This document shows, in pieces, positions 1 through 13,987 of a stretch of DNA of 64,000 nucleotides (the first letter of the stretch is position 1; each line of letters opens with the position of its first letter). The notes under the pieces were generated by a model, which was not told the DNA's origin, did no database searches, and was given only the letters and a program-made list of their open reading frames with translations. Position numbers and translations under genes: made by a program. The DNA comes from the human T2T-CHM13v2.0 reference genome, Homo sapiens, in the NCBI RefSeq assembly GCF_009914755.1, contig NC_060945.1. One strand, 5' to 3'.

Positions 1-114
1 GCGGGGGACCAGTGTGTGCAGAGATCACATGGTGGGAGAGGAAGCAAGAGAGAGGGGAGGTGCCAGGCTCTTTGTAATGATCAGCATGTATTGACTCATC
101 CTATCTGCCTAACA

Positions 115-235
115 ACCCTTCAAGGTAGTGCTGTATTACTCCCAATTTAAAGGTGTGGAAACTGAGGCATGAAAGACCTCAGCCACTTGCCCCCATGACA
201 CAGCCAGCGTGTGACAGAGCCACGATTTGACCTAC
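115..235 (-). mobile_element. MIR fragment
   Basis: aacccttcaaggtag...ggaaactgaggca...cacagc core. Confidence 0.6.
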
Positions 236-3200
236 GTGGTTTGCCCTAGGCCCCTGAATCACCACCCTCTACTGCATCTGTGATGTTGTACTTCCTCTGG
301 TGGGGTTTACATGCTAGTGGGACAAACAGCTGGTATTTTAAAATGCTATAAACTGAGTGTGGTAATGGCTGTGGAGGAAGTGAGAGGGATTCAGGGAACA
401 AGATGGAGTGGCCTCTTGAGGAGATGACTTCAAAGCCAGATCCTAAGAATGAGAAGGAACCAGCTATGGGAAGAGGAAGGTGTCAGGGAAGAAGGCCAGG
501 AAAGGTCAAAAGTAAACTGGTGAGAAAAAAAACCAGATTCTTTTGTTATGGCAACCCTAGCACATATGGCTGCACAGCTGGGTTAAGTCAGGAAGGCATC
601 TGTAGTCAAGTATGATCTGTTCCTCAAAGATGAGTGGAGACGGCCAGGTGGAGAACAGGTGGGGAAACGTTCCAGGCAGAGGGAACAGCATATGCAAGAG
701 GCTGGTAGGTGTGACACATCTGATTTCTCTTCCTCTTAATTTTGGCGAAAACATAAAACTTCAGCACCTTTTAAGAGATGAATTTCCTACTGCTTTGGGG
801 TCTGAGCAAACTTTCTATCTGTGTAAACTTGGGGTCTGATTTTGTGTCTGAGATACAAGTTAGGTTTCTGTTTGGTGCCCATGACTTTGCTGGCAGAAGT
901 GGAAATGGAAAACCAAAATTGAATTTAATGTAGAAGGCTGTTTAAAATGAGAGTGAAAATGGAACCGATTTTCTTGCTGGGTTAGACACTGTTATTATAA
1001 AATGGCTTCTCTCTTTATGGCTCAGAAACAAAAACAGAATGAAGAGTTCACTTCCAAAAAAGCAAACTCCCCTCCCTGGAGGCTTTGGACCTGATGGATG
1101 GCAGAGACTTTATCCACAACTTCTGAGATAGATTTAGGAAGAAAATCAGCCTGTCATTGAAAGAAACCTTGGGAAAGAAAGCTCTTCCCTACAAATAGGG
1201 CCCCCAGGACCCTCCGCTAGTGAAGCCATAATTAACAATGGAAATGGGAAATGGCGCGCTTTCTTGGGGGTTTGTATTTCTTGGGGGTTTTCCATTATTT
1301 TCAATGGTGGTTATTTTCAAGACCGTAAAGAATAGCTGTAAAATAATTCACTTCTTTCCTTTACCCCAGATTATATGTATAAATATATATATATATATAA
1401 AAATAACATATAGATGTGTGTGTCTCCAATGAACTTTGAGGTTTCAGACACAAAAACCAAAAATATTCATTCTGGTGCATTGAACTTTTATTACTGTGAA
1501 TTGACTTTTCCTCAGAGTGACATATATGCTAATTTATAACAACTTTAATGCAGATGTGCTTTTTAATTGAAAAGAATCAAAATTAACTTTATCTTCAGAA
1601 TATTACAATACTCATGTGCAACCTTCAGTGAATCCCTACTGGTAAGGAAAACAGAAATTGAGAGTTCTATACCGAGAAGATTGAGAATGCAACGTTGTTG
1701 GACTAAAGCTGTCCTTTGCTCTCATGGGGGTCCCTGGGATGGATGGGTGAAGTATTTGCGTGAGGGCCTGGTGCCTCCTGGAGAGTCACACACAACACAC
1801 TCAGTCCACCTTCCTAGCTCAGTGAATCTGTTTTCACATAGTGGAAAAAAAAATCCCTGTCTCCAGTGCTGTACCTGTGGGTGGACAACTCGGCCAAGAG
1901 GCACCATGTCTCCAAATAGCTCTCCTGTCTCCATATAGAACTGGGTGTTCAGGAGGGAGAGTGAGAGAATTTGTTCTAGGCCTCAGACTCAGTGTTTTGT
2001 AAAAGTACTACCAGATATCATCAGCTACTGGCAGGGGTCAAATACAGAAGGATGGTATTAGTGTTTTCTCTGTGTTGAGACCCTCTCAAAATGAAGGCTA
2101 GCAGGAGGCAGTGGGAAGAGTAAAGCTATGACTCCTTTGGGGAACCTTAGGCCTTTTGACTTTTGAGAGAGAGGTTTCCCTTAGCTTCTGAGATTATTCA
2201 GTTATAAAGTACGAGATTTTTTTTTTATAGCTAGCATGTATATTTAACATAGAGTAAAGGAAGGAAGGAAAGGAAAAGAAACAACCATTTTGAAATCCGC
2301 AAGAAAATAATTTCTTGCTAAACATAGACCATTTAATGGAACAGTGGTGAGATCTGAGATTTTCCAAATGGATGAATTGGTTCCTAGTCTACTTTCTTTT
2401 TTTTTTTTCCTAGTCTACTTTCAAGGCCTTAAATTGGAAGTTATATTATTAAAAGTTGATACTGAAAGATGGAAAGATATTGCTTTCAGGTGGAAGTTAT
2501 TTTTAATTTTTCCAAGGCATTTCCTTTCTTGGAGAGCCACACAGAAGCAAGGTGCATCTCCCGAAGGTCCTCTTGGCTGCACTCTGTGTAAACTGGGCAG
2601 TTTCCGAGGCTCCTGTCCACATGCCCCTTAAGAACGAGTAATCAGACCTTCCCTCCACCTGCCGGGGTGGCTCTGTCCATTGCTTTGTCCCTTGCATCTT
2701 GTTAAAATTGCCAGCGACTTCTCCAGGGAGCAGTGACTCCATGTCTTTCCTCTTTGGGATGGCAGGTGATACCACAACTTTTCCTCCAGGGAGTATTTTT
2801 TTTTGTGTACCAGACTAAATATCAGGATGGCCATTTGGCTTTTGACTTAACTCCAAGCTTTCCCGTTTGTATTTCATAAGTAAGGGCCCTTTTCCTCTTC
2901 TTTCAGCTGCCGCCCCCACCCCCCACCCAGTGTCTGCCTTTCTTCCTCTTTTGAGATCAGAGTATTCTATGCTGCCTAGTATCTTTGGGTTTTCTTCTGT
3001 CCTGCGATAGCTCATCCTTATTTCATTCTGCTGGAAAAACCCCTGGTCGTATTTGATTGTTGCCCTCTCTTGTCCCAGTCTCTCATCCCTCTCATTTGTT
3101 AAGACTGTCTTTGATTCTTGGGAATCCCATGTCTGCCACGGAGAATCCAGAAAGCCCCTGGGCCATATTTCAAAAGACCCATCAGGAAATTCTGAACATG

Positions 3201-3434
3201 TTTTGAAACTCCTACTAATTCTATGGGATTACAGAGGTTTATAAACTGCATTCCACATTTTTCCCTTGGTATCCTCACATACTTCTGAAATGTCAGATGG
3301 ACTAGGTTTCTCTTTATCCAGATATTAAACATGTATGGAAACTCCGGGGGAGAGGAATTAAGATGCTTAATCTGGTTTCCCTTTTTAAAATCTCCTAGCT
3401 AGGAGTGTTTGACTGTTCACATAGGTTTCCATTC

Positions 3435-3724
3435 TTTTTTTTTTTTTTTTGGGATGGAGTTTCGCTCTTGTTGCCCAGGCAATGGCGCAATCTCTGCTTA
3501 CCACAACCTCCAACTCCCGGGTTCAAGAGATTCTCCTGCCTCAGCCTCCCAAGTAGCTGGGAATATAGGCATGCACCGCCAAGCCCAGCTCATTATGTAT
3601 TTTTAGTAGAGATGGGGTTTCTCCATGTTGGTCAGGCTGGTGTCGAACTTCTGACCTCTGGTGATCCGCCCACCTCAGCCTCCTGAAATGCTGGGATTAC
3701 AGGCGTGAGCCACTGTGCCCGGCC
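3435..3724 (-). mobile_element. Alu (AluS-like)
   Basis: Poly-T plus Alu reverse complement; TSD aggtttcca(t/c)tct. Confidence 0.95.
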
Positions 3725-4854
3725 AGGTTTCCACTCTTATTTGGCAATACAGTACAAATAAAACTGTAGCTTTTTCCCTCTTATTTTAAGAAAGGTTTTT
3801 TGATGAAACAATAGATCACAATTTATCAAGCTTAATTTATTCCAACTACAGAATTCAGGTCTTTCTGTGGCTTAGTTGATGTGAGCCTCATACGATCTGA
3901 GAGGTAGGTACTATTATTATCCACATCTTATGGATGAGAGACCCTAGGATGAGAGAGGTGGGTCCTCTTTAAGGATTTGTGACAATTTTTTTTTTCATTG
4001 ATGATAAATTCCTCCAAAAGAAATGGAATTCTGGAATCAGTTTGTAAAGTCATCAATTAAAGTTACTACAAAAACTGCTTGCTCAACCCTGACCAGACCT
4101 GCCACCTGGATGGCTCTGGCGCCATCTTGAAGACAAGCATCTGTTAATCTTATCTGTGGTCCCAGCCAGATGATGGAGAGAGGCAAAGACCAGTGTAATA
4201 TGCAGTGACTTGAGGAGATTTTTGGCGTCTGTTGAAGCCAGTTGGTGACAAGAAGGCAAGCAGTTTGGTGTCTCAGGGTCTCCTTCAAGAAAGAAACATT
4301 CATAAAGGCTTTAGAGTTGCTCCTCTGGCCTCATATGGTCTCCAAACCCCTTTAGTGGGGTTGTCCTCCCATTATCATGATGTCCTACTTCCTAGAGGCA
4401 TCTGCACTATACGACACCCCCACCTGGGACAGGAAGCTAGGTGTGCCGTAAAGATTAAAGGGAATATAAAAGGTCGTAGAGCAGTGGTCTGCACATTTGA
4501 GTATTATACACTGTGTTTTTAAAGGAAGAACGTTCTCGATAACTGTGTGTGTTGACGTGAGTTATTTTTATTTAAATGTTAGTTATAAGTACATGAGCCC
4601 CAAATCAAACTCCTTTTATTTATGGCCCTGTACAACTGAAAAACCAAAACTCATTTACAAGTTAAATAGAACCAAGAGTAAAAGAACCCCAGAATATTCA
4701 AATTAGCAACGTTAATGCAATGGCTAATGTTTTGTGGGAAGGGAATGGCTGTACACAGCATGAGTGCAGTTCTCACTGCTGGGCACAGGTTCTTTGAGCT
4801 TGTCAGGCCCATCTTGTGATGCCACACCTCCCCTAAAACTTTTCATTCTTCCAG

Positions 4855-5340
4855 GGCTTTCCAATTTTTTGAGTACGCATCAGAAGCACCTGGAGGGCTT
4901 GCAAAAACACTGCAGAGTTTCTGATTCCGGAGATGTGCAGTGGCATCCAGGAATGTGCGTTTTCTTTCTTTTTCTTTTCTTTTTTTTTAAGAGTCAGGGT
5001 CTTGCTCTGTTGCCCAAGCTGGAGTGCAGTGGCACACTTACATCTCACTGCAGCCCCAACCTCCTGGGCTCAAGTGATCCTCACACCTCAGCCCCCCAAG
5101 TAGTTGGGACTTACAGGCGCATGCCACCATGCCTGGCTAATTTTGGTATTTTTTGTAGAAATGGGGTCTCACCATGTTGCCCGCCCAGGCTGATCTCGAA
5201 CTCCTGAGCTCAAGAGAGCCACCCGCCTCAGCCTCCCAAATTGCTGGAATTACAGGTGTGAGCCATTGCGCCTGGCTGAATGTGCATTTTCAACAAGTTC
5301 TCAGGTAGTGCTGATGCCACTGGTCTGAGGACGAACCACA
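4855..5340. mobile_element. MER5-like hAT MITE interrupted by an antisense AluJ-like element (~4960-5277)
   Basis: gcatcagaagcacctggagggcttg...aacaagttctcaggt...gctgatg MER5 motifs flank the Alu; duplicated gaatgtgc(g/a)tttt. Confidence 0.75.
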
Positions 5341-5500
5341 CGCTATTCCAGTCACCAGGAGACTTTCCACTGACAGAAGCACAGATGCATCACTGACACA
5401 TTAAGTCCACCTCTGCTTCCTTCTCATTAGGCTATGACAATAAAAGTGATTTTTTTTTTTTTGGCAAAAATAGTGCATTGATAAAGAAATACCAAAGCAG

Positions 5501-5848
<348 letters not shown>

Positions 5849-8482
5849 TTATATGGTGGTCATCCAATGCCTCTGGTTATGCTTTGTGAAATGTTTTAGT
5901 CAATTACCAAAAAGAAAATAAAAATTAGAACTGTTGCACCCGTGAGGATGTGTCTGTGTACCTCAGTTTGAGAAACACTGAATGAGTTAGGCATTATGAA
6001 GCACTTACTGCGGAAAAAAATGATATTGTATAAGTAGCAGGCTCTTCAGCTTTAGGTGTGAATGTTAGAGCCAAGATTAGGCACTCAGAGGTGGTGAGCA
6101 GGGACAGAATCTTGGTTTTGTTTTTTCCTCCCCTTAACTCAATTCACTCCAACTCTGTTGAAATATGAGGTCTTTGCTATGTAGCATGGAAACATTGAAG
6201 CTCATTAACTGCATGAACCTGCTGGTGTATATTCAGGGCAGAGGACTGGGTTGTTGAGGAGACTCTCAATCATGTCAAATAAAGCACAGGCAAAAGACCT
6301 GAGGTCCCAGCCTGGGGAAGACCCAGAAAGGTGGGAAGATCCTGGTTCCAGTTTTCAAAGATGTGAAGTGCTGATCATGGAAGAGCAACTGGTCTTGTTC
6401 CACAACCAATGAATAGAAGATGTAGACATTGGCTTAGCCTTGGAAAGCTTTATTTTTGCATAGAATCGCCCTGGATGGAACAGGCTGGCTCAGAAGCATT
6501 GGGAACAGCTTGTCTCAGAGGCTGTTCAGTGGTCCCCAGCAACAACTTTGTGGGATGTGCCAGAAGGTTTCCATCCATAAAAGCGATGTGTCCAAGTCCT
6601 CTTTGTATGCAAAACTCTACAATTTTGGGACCCTTTTAGCATTCCTTCTTACCGATCTCCAAGAATTTTTCGAAGCAAGAGTGTTTAGCTCTACCTCAAA
6701 CATACTCAAAGTGCAGCATCGCATAGTACGTTCTCAAATATATCACTAGCCCTGATACTCCTTCCCTGCACCCCTAACCTGTCTCTCCTCCTCAGCCTCC
6801 TCAGTACCATTCTGTTACCACCATTGGTCCTGCATTCTGAGTTTGCCACCTGGCACGTGCCCTTCAAATGTCTCCACTGCGTCTTTGCCTTTCCCTTTCT
6901 GTTGCGTGCCATCATTCCGATTCCGATTTTAACAGCAACCTGCTGATTTCCTGCCATAGTTTCCTACTTTCCATTCTGAGCCCCTTTAATCCACTTATAC
7001 AATATAACTACTCCCTGAATTATTTGGTCATACCACTTGTATCTGCCGAACCCCTATTCCTCCCCTGGGGTACGTTTTCCACTAAACACACACAGGGAAA
7101 TGCCACCCAAATAGCTCTATGTGTGCCTTGTTCATTCTTGTTTCCATTTCTTTGTTTATGCACTTTTTATCTCTCCATCCATACAACCAGCCAGCCAAAG
7201 ACACATGAGCTCACACACATGCAGTCACTACCTGTGTGGCATGTTCCCTCTTCATGTACCTGTTTCTAAGTTCTCAGTCTCCCTTCATTGCACTCCTCTT
7301 GTGGTCAAAAGTGGTGCAATTCAGCATTTTCTTATTCCTTTTGCACTCATCACCGCTTGAAAGGACTGTGCTCATCTATTTGTTTGCACGTTGCTTGCCT
7401 GTCTTCTTCCCCACTCAAAACCCAAGAGGGCAGGTCTTTCTCTGGTCCCCAGTACCCAGCACCTATAGTCTTGCCTGGGGCAGAGAGCCATCCAGCAAGT
7501 ATTTGTGGAATGGATGTTTATGCATCTGTCCCCCTAACTCCACTGTGAGTTTGGAACTAACTCCACTGTGAGTGGGAACCAGGTCTTACTATATGTCTGA
7601 AATTTGCGAATGATTTCTAGTGGGAGCGGTGGGCTCCAGTACCTGTCATTATCTGAAATGCCATAATTCAGAGGTGCCTCTGTGGAATTGGGCCTCGAGG
7701 GTCTTAATTTCAATCAGTCTCATTGGATTTGTTTTGACTAGAAATCTTAGTGCCTGTTTTTAAAGTATATTCCCTTGGGCGCTTTTGAACACTTGAGACC
7801 TCTTGGTAGGCAGGCATTTCATCCTCATCAGGAAATCTCATCAAAATGATATTAGATTTACACATCAGGAAAATAAAGATCCTCTAAGAAGATGTTTCTA
7901 TTCTGTAGATTGGCTTTGGATAGGTGCAGTTAAGCTTACTCAGAAGGTATTTCAACCACATCTGAGATGTTGGGTTGGGGCCAGGTGGCAGAATCTCACA
8001 ATAAACAATAAAAAAATCAGGGCAGGAAGGAAGGGGACCTCCCCAGAAATTTCTGTAGTTACAAGCCAAGGCAAAATTTAAGAGTAGAGCAAAACGCCAG
8101 GTTTTGTTATGAGGCTTCGTTTCTGAGGGCTGAGTGGTAACCTGGCTCACAGTTTGGCTGTGACTGGAGCTTCCACTGTAGGGGGCTTTTCCTGTATTGT
8201 TTGGTCAGCCTTTTCCAGGTACCACCTTGTAAGCCATCCTTGGAAAACCACATAATGGCAGTACTACTCTTAATTGAAGTCCCTGATGTCTCCCAGGTGT
8301 TTCTTACATTGCTTGGTCTGGGCCTCCTTGTTGTTGACTTCTTCCTGCCATAACATTCGGAGAGAGCAGAGGGCCATGGTTCCCCTCCTCAGGAGGTGGC
8401 TCCTGATGCTCTTGAAACTCCTGCTTTTCTCTGTGGTCCCCTTCCGGGTCTTCACATTCAAGTGCTCTCACCCAAGACTTTC

Positions 8483-8860
<378 letters not shown>

Positions 8861-9034
8861 CTCACCCAACTCTTTCAACATGACACTGAGCATTCTACAA
8901 AGATGACTTTGAAGAGGGCCTGTTGAGGTTGGCATGGAAGCAGCAGCTCCCACGCTTCGGTGAAGCCCGTGTCCCCAGTCTTCCCCTCCCCAGGGGACCT
9001 GACTCCGCTTTCATGTGTATGTCTCTCTTTTCAG

Positions 9035-9162
9035 AGGTGTGAACATGTATGCCATGTTGACCGGGACGCTGCCTTTCACGGTGGAGCCTTTCAGCCTGAG
9101 GGCTTTGTACCAGAAGATGGTAGACAAAGAAATGAACCCCCTCCCCACTCAGCTCTCCACAG
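9035..9162 (+). CDS. HUNK: HUNK coding exon (exon 5 by recall), kinase subdomains IX-X: (I)GVNMYAMLTGTLPFTVEPFSLRALYQKMVDKEMNPLPTQLST(G)
   Basis: ctctcttttcag acceptor and ag|gtaatg donor; 128 nt; kinase GVxxYxMLTGxLPF motif; phase matches the next exon. Confidence 0.97.
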
Positions 9163-10319
9163 GTAATGCACCAGCTGCTCTAGATCACGGTTCAGGACTG
9201 CTGTCGTGACCAGTTCGGGTCTACCTGTGAAACAGTATTTGTTTTGCAGTAATGGTGTTATGTCTATCCCATGGTTATAAGTTTCTTTCTAGTGTTAAAT
9301 AGAAGTGTCAAGGGGTGGTTGGGTTTCCCGTCTCTCAATGGCCACTCATGCCTTTCACCTGTATCCTTTCCTGTTCTGTTCTATCTGAACCCCTAACTTC
9401 TCCTTCCTCCTTCTGCACAAAACACGTAGATCCAAAGGATCTGATATTCTCCATTTAAAAAATGATTGCAGGCTTGATTGTTTTAAAACTCACCATCTTA
9501 TGATGCTGACTTGGAAAAGAGGGTTTATGGTCGCATTTCCAATATGGCTTCTTTCTGCAATTACTGTCAAGAAATGTTTGTTGCATTCAAGTTGGGGCTG
9601 TGATTTGTTTTGTGAGTTGAGGTTTTGAGCCCGTTCAAAAGCTTTTAAATATATAGAGGTTAAGTTACTTGATTGGACTGAATCATCAGGTGTGTTTGAA
9701 AAGTTCTCTCAAGCTTTAGCTGGTTCACATTTCAGTAAACAGTTTGTATTAAGGTTTGGTTTCAGATCCAGTAAATCAGTACAATTTGTTCTTTTGTTTG
9801 GTTCACAATTCAAGTCCTGGCCTTGGCTTGGCTTTGATGAGCATTTAATTGGCTCCTTAGAATAAACTCAGCTTCACTAAGATAAGGCTTTTGACCAAAG
9901 AAGAAAGCAGTTATTTAACTGCAACTTATGATACTTAGCGATAGTTAAAATATAGCATTTTATTTTACTACTGTTATGCATTTTTCTTCTGAGTTTAAAA
10001 GCATGCATGAAGCTGCCCCTGAATTTATCTTGCCAAGTGGAATCCAAGTGGAGACACGTTCTTGTATGCAATTATCTAATTCAGCCCATACTGTCACCTC
10101 AAGGGAGGGGAGACTCTCTGGAGGCTTGAAAGCAAAGGAGGCATTAAGTCCTTGGGAAGATGAGTTACAGCTCTGTCATTATACAAGAAATATTTCTGCA
10201 CTGAGAGTCATAACTCTTGGAGTTAGAAAATGTGCAAAATGTCAAACCAATTGTCATATTTAAGTTTTAGAGCTTTCAGAAATGTTGAAAGTGCGGCAGA
10301 GCACTCTGAGGTGTGCCCA

Positions 10320-10560
10320 TTCATTCATTCATTCCATATTTCATACTCATTAGCTTATTCCGTGAATATGTGTTGTGCACCAATTATGTGCTAGGTGTGT
10401 TCTAGATTAAGCAAGACAGAGAACAAACCAGTCTCTACCCTTATAAAGCTTATATATCAGCAGGGGAGTCTAAAAATAAATAAATGGGTAATAAACATGT
10501 GTGGTATTTGGTAATGTTAAGTGCTCTAAAGAAAGTAAAATAAATTGGGACAAGGGGATA
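10320..10560 (-). mobile_element. L2 3'-end fragment
   Basis: ttcattcattc...tgtgctaggt...agcttata L2 tail pattern. Confidence 0.55.
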
Positions 10561-10589
10561 GAGAGTAAAAAGGTTTTTTTTTTTTTAAC

Positions 10590-11810
10590 AAATAAGATTA
10601 TTTTAAAAACTTTTCATTGTGATGTAATTGTAGATGCACACACAATTGCTAGAAATAATACAAAGAGATCCAAACAGCCTTCATCTGGTGTACTAGTCCA
10701 TTCTCATGCTGCTAATAAAGACATACCCGAGACTGGGTAATTTATAAAGGAAAGAGGTTTAATAGACTCACAGTTCCACATGGCTGGGGAGGCCTCACAA
10801 TCATGGTGGAATATGAAGGAAGAGCAAAGGGACATCTTAGATGGTGGCAGGGAAGAGCGCTTGTGCAGGGGAAATCCTATTTATAAAACCATCAGATCTC
10901 GTGAGACTTATTCACTACCATGAGAACAGCATGAACTGCCTCCATGATTCAATTATCTCCACCTGGCCCCGCCCTTGACATGTGGGGATTATTACAATTC
11001 AAGGTGAGATTTGGGTTGGGACACAGCCAAACCATATCACCCAGTTTCCCCCAATAGTAATATATTGTATAACTGTGGTATAATATCACCACTGGGAAAT
11101 TAACATTGATAAAACCCATTGACCTTGTTCAGATTTCACAAGTTTTATGTACAATCATGTGTGTTGCTGTATATTAGTTCTATAGAGTTTTTTCACATGA
11201 GTAATTTGTGTGACAGCCACCACAGTCAAGATGCAAGACAGTTCCCTCACAAGGATCCCTCGTGCTGCTCCTCTGTAGCCACAGCTACCTTCCTTCCTCC
11301 TGCTCTCCCTAAGCCCTGTCAGCCACTACCCTGTATCATCTATAATTTTGTCATTTCAAAAATGCTATATGTAAATCACTTTTTTTCCCACTCAGCATAA
11401 TTCCCTTGAGATAATCTGAGCTGTTTTTTTTTTATTGGTGAGTAGTATCTCCTGGTGTGGATATACCGCAGTTTGTTTCACCATTTACCCACTGAAGGAC
11501 TGTTGAGTTGTTTCCAGTTTGGGGCTATCATGAATAAAGATGCTGTAAACATTCATGTTTAAGTTTTTCTGAGAATATGGTTTCATTTCTCTGGGACAAA
11601 TGCCTAAGAGTGAAATTGCTGGGTTGGGTAGTAAGCACGTATTTAGTTTTGTAAGAAACTGCCAAGCCTCTTTTTCAGAGTGGCTGGACCATTTTGCATT
11701 CCCACTAGCAATATGTGCATGATCTCTGCATCCTTGCCAGCATTTGATGCTATTATTATTTTTTATTTTAGTTGTTCTGATAGGGGTCTAATAATATCTC
11801 ATTGCAGTAC
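10590..11810 (-). mobile_element. Old L1 (L1M-type) 3' region, interrupted by a THE1 LTR
   Basis: gttgtttccagtttggggctat, gaaattgctgggt, ttttgcattcccactagca L1M motifs. Confidence 0.8.
10688..11039. mobile_element. THE1 (MaLR) solo LTR
   Basis: tgtactagtccattctcatgctgctaataaagacatacccgagactggg...ccaaaccatatca. Confidence 0.9.
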
Positions 11811-12069
11811 AAATAAGATGTGATGTTTCCAAATAGATGCAGTCTTTCAAAGCAGTCTCTGTAGGGGTTATATAGTCATAAATATTGCCATCTCTCAGAG
11901 TGATTCCAAAGTTTCTTTGAGGGTTCAGAGCCTGTTTTATTCAAGTGACCCATAACAAAGGACAAAAGGAGGATGAATGTACCCCCACAGTGGGGAAAGG
12001 CAGACAGTGCTCTCTTTGAACCCGATGACAGCCTGAGGAGCTGGAGAACTGCTGATCTGCTGCCATTTC

Positions 12070-12460
12070 ATTGTATTAGTCAGAATAGACCAGGTTATGC
12101 TGCAGTAACAATCAGCCCCCAAGTCTTAGTGGCTCAGGACCACAAAGGTTTATTTCTCAGTCATGCTACATCTCAGTTGAGAGCTGGATCAAACATTGAA
12201 AGGTTCTGCCCAGCCAAGGGCCCAAGGCTGATGGAGCAGCCACCACTTCCAACATTTCTGGTTCATGCAGAGGGAGAAAGGGAAAGAGAAAGAGAAGTTC
12301 TTTCGCCAGCAATTAAATCTTCCACCAATCTTCCAGTTGTAAGTGGAAGCTTTCTAAAACATGGCATGCGGCTTCACCCAACTAAAGAGAATGGGGCAGT
12401 GCAACCTTACCATGTGCGTTGAAAGTGAAAAGCCAGAAATATTTGTTGATTAGCATTAGC
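12070..12460. mobile_element. Old MLT1-type LTR remnant
   Basis: tgtattagtcagaatag...aggttatgctgcagtaaca...aaaggtttatttctc. Confidence 0.6.
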
Positions 12461-13688
12461 ATGAGCCCCACACAGCTGTGGGAAAAGGAGCAGACAAGCG
12501 CAGGTAGGTTAGTAACACAAGAAAATCAATCTCATTGCTTCAGAACCATACCTTGTTTTTACTTTCAATAACATCACGCAGTCTTAGCAGGCTGGGCTCT
12601 AAGTGTTTTTTGTGAAAATTAAATTTAACCTTAAAGAAGCAGGAGTTGCAGTTCTGAAGATGTTAAAAAATGGTCCAAAGTTAGTCCCAAAGGAGACATA
12701 TTAAAAATGTTCCCAGCAATTTCAGCATCACTGGAATTGCTGTCCAACCTCGCATAGCTCCTGCATTGAGCAGACAGCTTTGCCTTGGCCTTAAGCTCTG
12801 TGTGTGCTTGTTAAAGATCTTCACATTCCTACAGGACTTTGTTGTCTTCACTTGTCAAGCATGAATTGCATTTCTATATCTGATTTTCTAATTAGGGAAT
12901 CTGATGCTCTCCCCATCTCCTCCTTTTTAAAATAACTATTGGGATATAGAAATATCTTTTTTCAACTAGGATTGAAATCCTTTGAGCCAGGTGTCAAGTG
13001 AGGTGTTTGCACATGATAGACACTCAGGGAATCTAGGTTGCTGACTCTGGTGTTAATGTGTCTGTGTGACCTGGAAAGGTGGCCCATAGATTATTTTGAT
13101 TACTCAGGATTGGGAATTGTCCTGACCCAGTAGGGCCCAGAGCAGTGCACCAGCTGCTGAGGCAGCCCAGGGCATCTTATCTGGTTCATAGAGTGAATGT
13201 CTTCAGGTTTGAGGATCAGCTGCTGCCCTTCTGACAGCCTCCCATTTTTTCAATCCTTTGCACCCCGCTAAGTTTATCTCCTCTCCCTTCCAACCAGCCT
13301 GGCCCTGCTTATATCCAAAAATACTAGTTTACCAGTAACATGAGTAGCTGCCACTTATTGAATAATCCTTTGTAGGTGTTTTTCATGTGGTGTTGTTTTT
13401 ATACAATCCTGCAAGGTAAGTCCCTGTTTACCAGTGAGGAAATTGAGTCTCAGAGAGATTAAGTCTGCTTGACTGAAAACCTAGATTTTCCTACCATGCT
13501 GTGTTATTTCACTCTTCTCTGATTTTATTTAGTATAAGACGCACCCCCCCTACAAAAAGTTGGAGGTATTATCTATTGTCTCTATGACCTTATGTTTTGA
13601 GTAATGTCAATCCAAATAGAAAATATGCCAGTTTTATTGTGTCTCACTAATGCACATCTTTATTAATTGGATGACTCTGTCATTCATA

Positions 13689-13987
13689 TTTGTTTTTGTT
13701 TTTGTTTAAGACAAGGTTTCACTGTGTCATCCTGGCTGGAGTGCAGTGGCACAATCATGGCTCACTGCAGCCTCGGCCTCCGAAACCAAGCAGTCTTCCT
13801 GCCTCAGCCTCCCAAGTAGCTGGGACTGCAGGCGCATGCCACCATGCCCAGCTAATTTTTTTTGGTGGGGGGTATATTTTTTATAGAGAGAGGGTCTCCC
13901 TATGTTGCTCAAGCTGGTCTTGAACTCCTGGGCTCAAGCAATCCTCCTGCGTCGGACTCTCAAACTGCTGGGGTACTGCACCTGGCC
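13689..13987 (-). mobile_element. AluJ-like
   Basis: Alu reverse complement; TSD ctgtca(t/c)tcatat. Confidence 0.9.

Noticed and set aside
8270-8470. Coding-looking minus-strand sequence next to the GPCR-containing Alu
   Set aside because: Translations show no GPCR or other recognisable similarity, and it lies outside the Alu TSD, so it is not part of the capture.
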